Assembly (NCBI GenBank): GCA_965216465.1 | Contig: CBDCFW010000006.1 | Span: 326,440-390,439, forward strand | Direction of reading: 5' to 3' | Source of the DNA: Bacteroidia bacterium | GTDB taxonomy: Bacteria > Bacteroidota > Bacteroidia > NS11-12g > UBA9320 | Length of the DNA stretch: 64,000 bases | Shown: piece by piece, positions 30,351 to 38,006 of the stretch | How the letters are laid out: each line of letters opens with the position of its first letter | How positions within the stretch are numbered: the stretch's first letter is position 1 | Position numbers and translations under genes: made by a program | Notes under the pieces: model-generated | Databases searched by the model: none | Seen by the model: only the letters and a program-made list of their open reading frames with translations | Told to the model about the DNA's origin: nothing

Positions 30351-31205
30351 ATGAAACGAAGATTGATCTTTAAAACATTCTTGTTTTTAGCTTTATTTCC
30401 TGCTTTGGATACCTATGCCACGGCCCAATTCGGAGATCTGTTGGTTGATGGCAAAGACACTTTCTTGCTTTATTGCAATCCACTAGAGTCGTACCTAGAT
30501 ACCAAATATGAGCGTGCGATAGGTGGTGTAGAATTAACTCCATCAAGCACGGCCTGCAATCGAGGATATCAGGCAACCTGGGAGCTGAGAAACGATAGTT
30601 TGTTCCTCGTTGAATTGATGCAGGGTTGCTATACTTCTAAAACAGATACTCCGCATTTCATTAACCTCGCGGAGGAGTTTGGAAGCAACATTGTTTTTGC
30701 AAAATGGTTTAGTGGAAGCTTATACAGTCCGCGAGGCGGTATCTTGCGTTATATTCACGCAGGCTATGCATCCATTTATGAAAGGGAAAAATATTATCAC
30801 CTGAAAAATGGAAGCGTTGACTTATCGTACTTACATCACAATATCATTTACGAAGAAGGAAAAATTAGACCCTCGCAATTTGCCTTGTCTGACACATTAG
30901 AGCTGTTGATAATCAACAATTTAGACACTTCACTATTTTCTCAATTCGAGGACAAAGAACTCTGTAATTTAACCATCTTTTTTACCGCAAAAGGAGAACT
31001 TGACACCGTCTTGCAGACTTACGCTTTTGACGGGACTACCAACTTTGAAACAATCATGTATAAAGCGACACATGCAGTACTTGCTAATTTCCCGCCGCTT
31101 ATGAGAATTAAGCACGAAAGCATCGATCGAATTATTACGACCCTATCATTTAGTTCGCATTGCATTATGTATCCCGAAGATTATGAATATGGCTGCGGTA
31201 GGTGA
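30351..31205 (+). CDS. Secreted hypothetical protein.
   Basis: The ORF is 284 aa with the signal peptide MKRRLIFKTFLFLALFPALDTYATAQ. Confidence 0.5.
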   Translation: MKRRLIFKTFLFLALFPALDTYATAQFGDLLVDGKDTFLLYCNPLESYLDTKYERAIGGVELTPSSTACNRGYQATWELRNDSLFLVELMQGCYTSKTDTPHFINLAEEFGSNIVFAKWFSGSLYSPRGGILRYIHAGYASIYEREKYYHLKNGSVDLSYLHHNIIYEEGKIRPSQFALSDTLELLIINNLDTSLFSQFEDKELCNLTIFFTAKGELDTVLQTYAFDGTTNFETIMYKATHAVLANFPPLMRIKHESIDRIITTLSFSSHCIMYPEDYEYGCGR

Positions 31206-31285
31206 AGTGCTCGGACAAATTCTTTGGTATGCGGCAAATCTGAAATGTCGTAGGGATTATACCAAAAACTCATTCCAGAAAATTT

Positions 31286-31633
31286 TTGAAATATATTAGT
31301 CGCTTGGAACCTTTTGTCTACAATTTTGTCGCTCCATATTTTAAACATCATTGGAGCAGTTATTTTTATATAGATCGCCAACAGTTCTACTATAAATTAA
31401 CTCTACATTCAGATTATCTTGAGGTAAAATCGTACCTAATAGTTTTGCGATTTTTTTGGCCGATTCGTAAAAAAGAGGCGACAATTAATTATAACGATAT
31501 TGTAGACGTTGACATCAAGAAAAAAGAGGTGAAGATCAGGTTTCGATATAATGGCAAGATCTTAACTTACGTAATCTACCACTACGATGGCCAGAAGATT
31601 TATGAGTTCTTGCAGAAGGCATGTCAACCGTAG
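31286..31633 (+). CDS. Small hypothetical protein.
   Basis: The ORF is 115 aa with no recognisable motif. The start is uncertain. Confidence 0.3.
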   Translation: MKYISRLEPFVYNFVAPYFKHHWSSYFYIDRQQFYYKLTLHSDYLEVKSYLIVLRFFWPIRKKEATINYNDIVDVDIKKKEVKIRFRYNGKILTYVIYHYDGQKIYEFLQKACQP

Positions 31634-31697
31634 ACGTGAGCGTTTAACCATGTTAGAAGTGAAATATTCATCTGCTTTAATACGTTTTTCATTTACA

Positions 31698-32252
31698 ATG
31701 AAACTCTTCATCATAAGCTACCTTTTAATGCTTGGACTAACAGTAGAGGCTCAAAACTTTGCGAAACTACAAGCCGAAATTAACGATGTAAAAGACAGTG
31801 TTGATGCCAGTCGCAATTATACTCGAGTTGATTCAAATAGGCGAATCATTTTCGAAGTGGAATTTGACCGATTGATGGCTCCGACTTACTATTCCAAGTC
31901 TTTTGGTGACGAACAACATGTGATCCGTATTTACTTCCACAACAATGAGATTACAAACTTTTGGATCACAAAAACACCTTATCAGTCTGACGGCAGATAT
32001 TTGGAAAGACCATCTGTGCTCTACTCATGCTTAAGGTATAAAAACACCTTTAAAACAACAACTTCGTTCCGTAATAATAAGCAATTTATCCAACTCCAAT
32101 CTGAATTCAAAGAAGGCCTTTTTGGTCGGGTAGTAGCAAAAACATCGATGTATCAGAATCACGAAAAGGTAAAGCGAATTGCTCGCTCTCGAGAAAAACA
32201 CAGCCTCAGTTTTGAGTACTTTTTGAATGAGCTGGAATATGACATCTGGTGA
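31698..32252 (+). CDS. Secreted hypothetical protein located just upstream of the barstar-like ORF.
   Basis: The internal start MKLFIISYLLMLGLTVEAQ is a signal peptide. The track ORF starts earlier at 31587. Confidence 0.45.
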   Translation: MKLFIISYLLMLGLTVEAQNFAKLQAEINDVKDSVDASRNYTRVDSNRRIIFEVEFDRLMAPTYYSKSFGDEQHVIRIYFHNNEITNFWITKTPYQSDGRYLERPSVLYSCLRYKNTFKTTTSFRNNKQFIQLQSEFKEGLFGRVVAKTSMYQNHEKVKRIARSREKHSLSFEYFLNELEYDIW

Positions 32253-32293
32253 CAAAGCATTCTTTTTCGATTTATTTTTGACAAGCTAGAAAG

Positions 32294-32584
32294 ATTAAGA
32301 AAACAATTGTCATAAACGGAACAAAGATTCATGATGAAGCCTCTTTTTATGATGAAATTGAACGCGTACTGACACAAAATCTGAAGTTTACCACTGCTCA
32401 TAACTTGAATGCATTCAATGATTTATTGTGGGGAGGACATGGAGTACATGAATACGAAGAAGCCATAGTATTAATCTGGAAAGACTTCGAACATTCTCGA
32501 TCAAAGTTGGAAAAAGACTTTGTTGAAGCTGCGGTGCAAATTATTGAATCACATAAGCATATCTCATTTCGAACCGTTGACTAG
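32294..32584 (+). CDS. Barstar-like protein (barnase-inhibitor / immunity family). It has no canonical start codon and may be a pseudogene or start at ATT/ATA.
   Basis: The frame is open from 32282 to TAG 32582-84. The translation ...KKTIVINGTKIHDEASFYDEIERVL...LNAFNDLLWGGHGVHEYEEAIVLIWKDFEHSRSKLEKDF... parallels barstar (KKAVINGEQI...[27 protein letters not shown]). There is no in-frame ATG, GTG or TTG near the 5' end. Confidence 0.55.
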   Translation: MKKTIVINGTKIHDEASFYDEIERVLTQNLKFTTAHNLNAFNDLLWGGHGVHEYEEAIVLIWKDFEHSRSKLEKDFVEAAVQIIESHKHISFRTVD

Positions 32585-32673
32585 AGGTATAAATATTGAG
32601 AGATCGCCACAGTAATTCGAAATAAAATCTTGGCGCAATTTTACTTAATGTTATTTTTACACAAAATAAGAGA

Positions 32674-33357
32674 ATGACCGACAGGCAAAGAATAGATCTC
32701 ACTGTGGATGCCGTAGTTTTTGGCTACGATCCAAGTGATGGTATATCCGTATTACTTATCAAGCGAAAATATGAGCCTTTTAAAGGAGAATGGGCTATTC
32801 CAGGTGGATTTGTTGCGAACGATGAATCGTTAGAACTAGCGGTTGAACGTGAGCTAAAAGAAGAAACCGGAATTCAAGTCAACTATTTGGAACAGCTTTA
32901 CACCTTTGGCGAACCTTTCCGCGACCCAAGGAAAAGAGTTGTGACTGTAGCTTACTATGGATTGGTAAAGTCATCCGCTTTTACGATACATGCCTCATCC
33001 GACGCTGAAGATGCTCAATGGTTCAATATTGCTAGCCTTCCTAAACTAGCATTTGATCACGTAGAGATTCTAAACATGGCTTTTGCTCGACTAAGAAGTA
33101 AAATATCTTACGAACCGATTGGCTTTGAATTATTGGACGAAAAGTTTCCGTTCTCTGAATTGCACAAGCTCTACGAAACCCTATACGGCACTGCAATTGA
33201 CCGAAGAAACTTCAAGAAGAAATTTCTAAAACTCGGCATACTAAAAGAGCATAGCGAAAAGAATTCTGTTGGCCGAGGTAGACCAGGAATTATCTACAGC
33301 TTTGATCAAAAACAATATTTTAAACTTAAAAAGCAGGGAATCGTTTTTGCTATATAG
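32674..33357 (+). CDS. NUDIX hydrolase-fold protein with a C-terminal winged-helix domain. Probably an NrtR-family ADP-ribose-responsive regulator.
   Basis: The Nudix box is GEWAIPGGFVANDESLELAVERELKEETGI. The C-terminus ...ELHKLYETLYGTAIDRRNFKKKFLKLGILKE...GRGRPGIIYSFD resembles the NrtR wHTH domain. Confidence 0.6.
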   Translation: MTDRQRIDLTVDAVVFGYDPSDGISVLLIKRKYEPFKGEWAIPGGFVANDESLELAVERELKEETGIQVNYLEQLYTFGEPFRDPRKRVVTVAYYGLVKSSAFTIHASSDAEDAQWFNIASLPKLAFDHVEILNMAFARLRSKISYEPIGFELLDEKFPFSELHKLYETLYGTAIDRRNFKKKFLKLGILKEHSEKNSVGRGRPGIIYSFDQKQYFKLKKQGIVFAI

Positions 33358-33397
33358 CAAATTTTTCTTCCTGTAAATCAGGACACTACATTCTTTT

Positions 33398-33414
33398 TGT
33401 GTATTTTTTACACA
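33398..33414 (+). promoter_or_regulatory. Palindromic operator candidate 1: TGTGTA-N5-TACACA.
   Basis: The sequence is TGTGTAtttttTACACAtat. A near-identical copy lies 53 bp downstream. Confidence 0.5.
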
Positions 33415-33424
33415 TATTATTTGT

Positions 33425-33452
33425 TTGTTCAAATCGTGTGCTTTTATATTTG
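33425..33452 (+). promoter_or_regulatory. Candidate Bacteroidetes promoter for the 33495 operon (-33 TTG, -7 TATATTTG).
   Basis: TTG sits at 33425-27 and TATATTTG at 33445-52 with a 17-nt spacer. The box is about 43 nt upstream of the ATG and overlaps operator copy 2. Confidence 0.4.
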
Positions 33453-33467
33453 TGTACACTTTACACA
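33451..33467 (+). promoter_or_regulatory. Palindromic operator candidate 2: TGTGTA-N5-TACACA.
   Basis: The sequence is TGTGTAcacttTACACAtat. It overlaps the -7 box. Confidence 0.5.
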
Positions 33468-33494
33468 TATTAAGTGTAATAAAAAATAAAAGTC

Positions 33495-34514
33495 ATGTTA
33501 GGATTTAATTATATCAAATTCGATTCAATGGATTACGTAATCCAATATCGAAACGGAAAAGTCAGAAGAAAAGGAAATGGACTGTCTTTTTTCTATTTCA
33601 CTGCAAACAGTAGTTTAGTCAGCATTCCAGTTAAGAATATTGACCTCCCATTCATATTCGAAGAAATCACTTCCGATTTTCAAGACGTAACCGTACAGGG
33701 TCAACTTACCTTCAAAATCACCGATCCAGACCTTTTAAGTACACAAATGGATTTCACCGTTGACCATTACCGCAGACGCGTAACTGATGACATGGAAAAG
33801 CTTAGACAGCGATTGGTGAATGAAGCCCAAGCCTCAATTGCGGGTTTCGTTAACTCAATTAAAGTGACCGAGGTGTTAAGTAAACAGGCCGAAATTGGGC
33901 TAGAGCTGTCTAAAGAACTTACATCAAATCAACAAATTAAAGATCTTGGAATTAGTATTCTTGGCGTAAACATTATTCGTGTTAAAGCCACACCTGAAAC
34001 TGCTCGTGCTTTAGAGGCTAAAACACGAGAAGCTATTCAACAAGAGGCAGACGAAGCCATCTATGGTCGTAGAAACTTTGCTGTTGAGCAAGAGCGCAAG
34101 ATCAAAGAGAGTGAGCTAAACACCGAAATAGCGGTTGAAGAGAAGAACAAACAAATCGTTGAAAAGAAGATGCAAACCGATCTTGTTAAACATGAAAATG
34201 ATCGCAAGCTCAAAGAGATGGAAGTCGAGGCTGCAATTTCTGTAGAGGAAAAGAATAAAGATTTGGTTGACATGAAGACAGCAAACGACAAAAAAGAAGC
34301 AGATGCCCAAGCCTACCTTCTTGATGCAGTGATGAAGGTCTACAAAAATGTGGACTGGAAGATTCTTTCTGCCTTGCAAGGCCAAGATAACAGTGCTGCA
34401 TCGAATATCGCTTTGGCATTTCGTGAGTTGGCTGCCAACTCAGATAAAATCGGTACATTGAATATTACCCCTGATCTATTGGATAGTTTATTGATTAAAA
34501 CTGAGGAGAAATGA
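33495..34514 (+). CDS. SPFH (band 7 / flotillin-like) domain protein without a TM anchor, with a C-terminal coiled-coil region.
   Basis: FIFEEITSDFQDVTVQGQLTFKITDPDLL and ...LRQRLVNEAQASIAGFVNSIKVTEVLSKQAEIGLELSKEL...ISILGVNIIRVKATPE follow the SPFH-domain pattern. Charged heptad repeats EEKNKQIVEKKMQTD.../EEKNKDLVDMK follow. No N-terminal hydrophobic helix is present. Confidence 0.6.
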   Translation: MLGFNYIKFDSMDYVIQYRNGKVRRKGNGLSFFYFTANSSLVSIPVKNIDLPFIFEEITSDFQDVTVQGQLTFKITDPDLLSTQMDFTVDHYRRRVTDDMEKLRQRLVNEAQASIAGFVNSIKVTEVLSKQAEIGLELSKELTSNQQIKDLGISILGVNIIRVKATPETARALEAKTREAIQQEADEAIYGRRNFAVEQERKIKESELNTEIAVEEKNKQIVEKKMQTDLVKHENDRKLKEMEVEAAISVEEKNKDLVDMKTANDKKEADAQAYLLDAVMKVYKNVDWKILSALQGQDNSAASNIALAFRELAANSDKIGTLNITPDLLDSLLIKTEEK

Positions 34515-35434
34515 AATTCGACAAGGCAATCATAGTGAGATCAAAAACACGATTGGAACAGCTCATCGAGCGTTTTAATACGAAGGCTCAGGCCGAATTC
34601 TACATCGAACGTTCAGGTGGTGAATTCCGCATCTATGAGCAAGAACACTTGAAATTCTATGCTGTTCTTAACCAACTCATCAAATTGGTTTCGGTCTTTG
34701 ACTCCTATAAAATTCTGGATCGAAAGTTTGTTCACTCCTATGTTTTTGCCGACAACGATTTAATCATTGTATTAGGTCAGGATGGCTTGGTGGCCAATAC
34801 GGCCAAGTATGTTCTTGGAAGACCAATAGTTGCCATCAACCCTGACCCTAATACCTACGATGGGATTCTTCTCCCATATACTATCGACCGGTTTGAAAAA
34901 TCATTAAACCGCATTAAAAAAGGGAAGCATCAAACTAAAAAAATTACGATGGCCAAGGCCGAATTTAGCGATGGACAAAGCTTATTGGCATTCAATGACT
35001 TTTTCATTGGTCCTAGAACTCACGTTTCTGCCCGATATAGATTAAAAGTAAATGGCAGAGAAGAATTGCAAAGTTCGAGTGGAATACTGATTTCAACGGG
35101 AGCGGGAAGTACTGGATGGATGAGTTCCGTATTCAACATGGTTAACGGAATAAACCGCTATCACTCCCATTCGTTTGATGAAGTTGAAAATAGAATTCAA
35201 TGGGAAACCAATAAGCTTTTGTTTGCCGTTCGAGAGCCCTTTTTAAGCAAGACTTCTTCCATTTCACTCTGTTTTGGAGAAATCAAATCAGGCGAGCATT
35301 TAGAAATTGAAAGTCAAATGCCCGAAAATGGCATTGTATTTAGTGACGGCATTGAAGCCGATGCCATACGATTTACAACAGGAACGTCGGTAAAAATTGG
35401 TGTGGCACAAGAGACCGCAAATTTAGTAACCTAA
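34511..35434 (+). CDS. NAD kinase-fold (ATP-NAD kinase / DAGK_cat superfamily) protein with a variant GQDG motif.
   Basis: NDLIIVLGQDGLVANTAKYVLGRPIVAINPDP matches the NadK ADLAVVVGGDGSMLGAARTL..IGIN region. SGILISTGAGSTGWMSS matches [21 protein letters not shown]. The start overlaps the upstream stop as ATGA. Confidence 0.6.
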   Translation: MKFDKAIIVRSKTRLEQLIERFNTKAQAEFYIERSGGEFRIYEQEHLKFYAVLNQLIKLVSVFDSYKILDRKFVHSYVFADNDLIIVLGQDGLVANTAKYVLGRPIVAINPDPNTYDGILLPYTIDRFEKSLNRIKKGKHQTKKITMAKAEFSDGQSLLAFNDFFIGPRTHVSARYRLKVNGREELQSSSGILISTGAGSTGWMSSVFNMVNGINRYHSHSFDEVENRIQWETNKLLFAVREPFLSKTSSISLCFGEIKSGEHLEIESQMPENGIVFSDGIEADAIRFTTGTSVKIGVAQETANLVT

Positions 35435-35448
35435 AAAATTGGCTTGTC

Positions 35449-35814
35449 ATGCTTAAAAAACTAATTAACTTTTTCGATCTCGACAACCAAAAGTATAACG
35501 CTAAGGTTTTTAAAAAAATACCGCTTATTGAAAAAGATCTATTGAAAGTAGTGAGCACAATATGCACAGAAGACTTCTGGATTCATCGATTTGGTGGAAT
35601 TGAGGTTTCACCAGAAATTTTGAGTTTCTGCATATGCGTCCAAACCGACCGCATGAAGCTTCAGTTGAAAAACAATGATAAACTATGGACCGCCTGCAGA
35701 CAGCTTCTGGTACTACATGACTACCCTTCATATTCCCGAGATAAAGTTTGGTTTGACGTGGAATCGCAAGAAACTGTTGATCGGGAAAACGATGGGGTGT
35801 GGTTTCCAAGATGA
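35449..35814 (+). CDS. Hypothetical protein, third gene of the SPFH/NADK-like operon.
   Basis: The ORF is 121 aa and starts 14 bp after the upstream stop. I recognise no motif. Confidence 0.45.
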   Translation: MLKKLINFFDLDNQKYNAKVFKKIPLIEKDLLKVVSTICTEDFWIHRFGGIEVSPEILSFCICVQTDRMKLQLKNNDKLWTACRQLLVLHDYPSYSRDKVWFDVESQETVDRENDGVWFPR

Positions 35815-35829
35815 TTAATTATTAGAACC

Positions 35830-36456
35830 TCATATTTTGCCCTTCCTTTTCTCCATTTCGTTAGCAATTTCTAAACCAGCTTCGTCCTGCTCGTTGAGTT
35901 TGTCTATTATATTTTGATAGCTTTCTTCGTCTCGGTCTTGGCTTAGTTTAAAAACCGTATCCACCTTGGTAATCTCGAATTCAAAACCTGCTATTAGCTC
36001 CAGTGCCCCTTGCTTGAATCCAGCGGGTAAATTGTTATATACCGTTGGAGATTCTGGGTTGTTCTCTTCAAAGTGCAAAGACAGAGATTGCAAAATTTCT
36101 TGTAATTCATCCTTCCCAACAAATCTTAGTTTACCATGGAGGTGAACGCTCATGTAGTTCCAGGTTGATGGAGTATTGGGATTTTTATACCACGTTCCGC
36201 TCACATAGGTATGCTTACCTGTGAACACAGCAAGAACATTTGGGTTGTTCAAGAAAGCTCTATAATGATCGGTATCTTTCATAATATGTCCACGCATCAC
36301 CTTTTTACCATTTATCATTTCAATGAACAATGGAATCTGCGTGGCAATTGGTTTATTCTGAGCATCACATCCAGTTACAAACGCAAACGGATATTTGGCT
36401 ATGAGCTCATCGATTAAGATTTCATCATTTTCTTTATGATAGGGAAGATTATACAT
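35830..36456 (-). CDS. PaiB-family FMN-binding negative transcriptional regulator.
   Basis: The ORF is 208 aa with the PaiB-like N-terminus MYNLPYHKENDEILIDELIAKYPFAFV and a C-terminal helical tail. Confidence 0.55.
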   Translation of the reverse strand: MYNLPYHKENDEILIDELIAKYPFAFVTGCDAQNKPIATQIPLFIEMINGKKVMRGHIMKDTDHYRAFLNNPNVLAVFTGKHTYVSGTWYKNPNTPSTWNYMSVHLHGKLRFVGKDELQEILQSLSLHFEENNPESPTVYNNLPAGFKQGALELIAGFEFEITKVDTVFKLSQDRDEESYQNIIDKLNEQDEAGLEIANEMEKRKGKI

Positions 36457-36613
36457 CAGTCTGAGTTTTGATAAGCGTTAAGATTTTCAATACAATTATA
36501 AGAATCAAATTGATATTCGAATTTGAATCAAAATGTCGCTGGTAAATGATGCTCGGATTTTGTGTTTTCGGACTTTGGACAGATATTGGCTTCGAAAATG
36601 TCAATTATAGACC

Positions 36614-37342
36614 ATGGAAGATTCAGAGAAATACGACAACAACCCACAAATTAGAAAGTACAAAGAACCAGATAAAAAGGTACTTGTTCCTGCATCTGGA
36701 CAATCATCTATTAATCAAATTAGTGATCACATTGAAAAATATATCGGACACATACACAGTGTATTTCATGAAATTGTGTCATATCATGTGCACATCGATG
36801 TGTATTGGGTAAAGCCTACCCGACAACGACCATTTCACACTTTAATCACATCAGGAATGAGTGATAAACCGATGAACACTTCAGATGGGTTGGAAGGAAG
36901 TCAATATGCAGAACTGAGCATTTGTTTGCCTGAACATTGGAAACTGTCAGATGATGACATAAAAGACGATCTAAATTACTGGCCAATCGGATGGCTAAAA
37001 TATTTAGCTCGATTTCCCCACGAAAATGACACTTGTTTGGGCTATGGGTATACAATACCCAACGGAAACCCCGCAGCACCCTTGACTGAGGGAACTCAAC
37101 TAAACACTATGTTGTTGCTACCTACTATTGTATTCAATGATGAGTTTCATGAGTTAGTACTTCCTAATAAAACCATTCAATTTTACTCGCTAATCCCTCT
37201 GTATGCAGAAGAGATTGAATTAAAACTTAGTCAAGGGGTAGAAGCTCTTTTTGATGGTTTCGACAAGTTTGGTGTTTCTGATGTTTTGCAACTCAATAGA
37301 CCGAATACAGTGAAGAGAAGGAAGCGGTTTGGGTTGTTTTAG
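36614..37342 (+). CDS. SUFU-like domain protein (immunity-protein family in polymorphic toxin systems).
   Basis: HVHIDVYWVKPTRQRPFHTLITSGMSDKPM...YAELSICLPEHWKLSDDD...YWPIGWLKYLARFPHENDTCLGYGYTIPNG...LLLPT...FYSLIPLYAEEIELK follows the bacterial SUFU pattern. Confidence 0.6.
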   Translation: MEDSEKYDNNPQIRKYKEPDKKVLVPASGQSSINQISDHIEKYIGHIHSVFHEIVSYHVHIDVYWVKPTRQRPFHTLITSGMSDKPMNTSDGLEGSQYAELSICLPEHWKLSDDDIKDDLNYWPIGWLKYLARFPHENDTCLGYGYTIPNGNPAAPLTEGTQLNTMLLLPTIVFNDEFHELVLPNKTIQFYSLIPLYAEEIELKLSQGVEALFDGFDKFGVSDVLQLNRPNTVKRRKRFGLF

Positions 37343-37376
37343 AAAAGGTATAATTTTATCACATTAGAAGGCAAAA

Positions 37377-37955
37377 ATGAATAGATCAAAGAACGGCTTA
37401 ATTACTCTTTCATTAATCATCACTTGTTGTTCAGGTTTAACTGCTCATGGGAAAAAGTTTGATGCCGAAAGAAAAAATGGGACCCTGGTACCTAAAATTC
37501 ATAAAAACTTTGAATTTGAAGAATCCAAAAGCTACGATCATCATATATCTGATCATAGAGGTTGCTTCTACCTTACCTATGATAGCATGGAAGTGCAGAT
37601 TAACCAAATGCTAAAAGAGAGTGCCCTGTTCGACAGTAAAAATGACATGCACAAAATGGCATCTGGCGTTATGATTAAGGTTCGAAAAAATGGAAAGATT
37701 AAGAAGATTGTCTGGATTGAAAACCCTAAACCAAACAGACCAATTGAAAAAACTCATCAACAACTAATTTCAGAATACTTAATGACCTTACGTTGGACTA
37801 GAAATGCGTATGTAAACAAGGATGGAAAGAAAGTTATTCTTAGAGAAATACCATTCCAATTCATGATTGATGATTGTGGATACATAAAGCTTTTCGATTC
37901 AAATTCATTTAAAGATCAAGACATCAACTTATTGGATTGTCCCTTTGTTCTCTAA
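37377..37955 (+). CDS. Secreted hypothetical protein.
   Basis: The ORF is 192 aa with the signal peptide MNRSKNGLITLSLIITCCSGLTAHG. Confidence 0.45.
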   Translation: MNRSKNGLITLSLIITCCSGLTAHGKKFDAERKNGTLVPKIHKNFEFEESKSYDHHISDHRGCFYLTYDSMEVQINQMLKESALFDSKNDMHKMASGVMIKVRKNGKIKKIVWIENPKPNRPIEKTHQQLISEYLMTLRWTRNAYVNKDGKKVILREIPFQFMIDDCGYIKLFDSNSFKDQDINLLDCPFVL

Positions 37956-38006
37956 TCATACTACCACAATCTCTAATTAATAGTGTCTTTTCTGAAAAAT
38001 ATAGTT

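Noticed and set aside
33495-34514. Calling the SPFH protein a membrane-anchored HflK/C or a flotillin with NfeD.
   Set aside because: There is no N-terminal TM segment and no NfeD-like neighbour. The partner is instead a NadK-fold protein.
36546-36812. ORF of 88 aa overlapping the start of the SUFU-like gene.
   Set aside because: It is in a different frame from the well-supported SUFU-like ORF and has no features.
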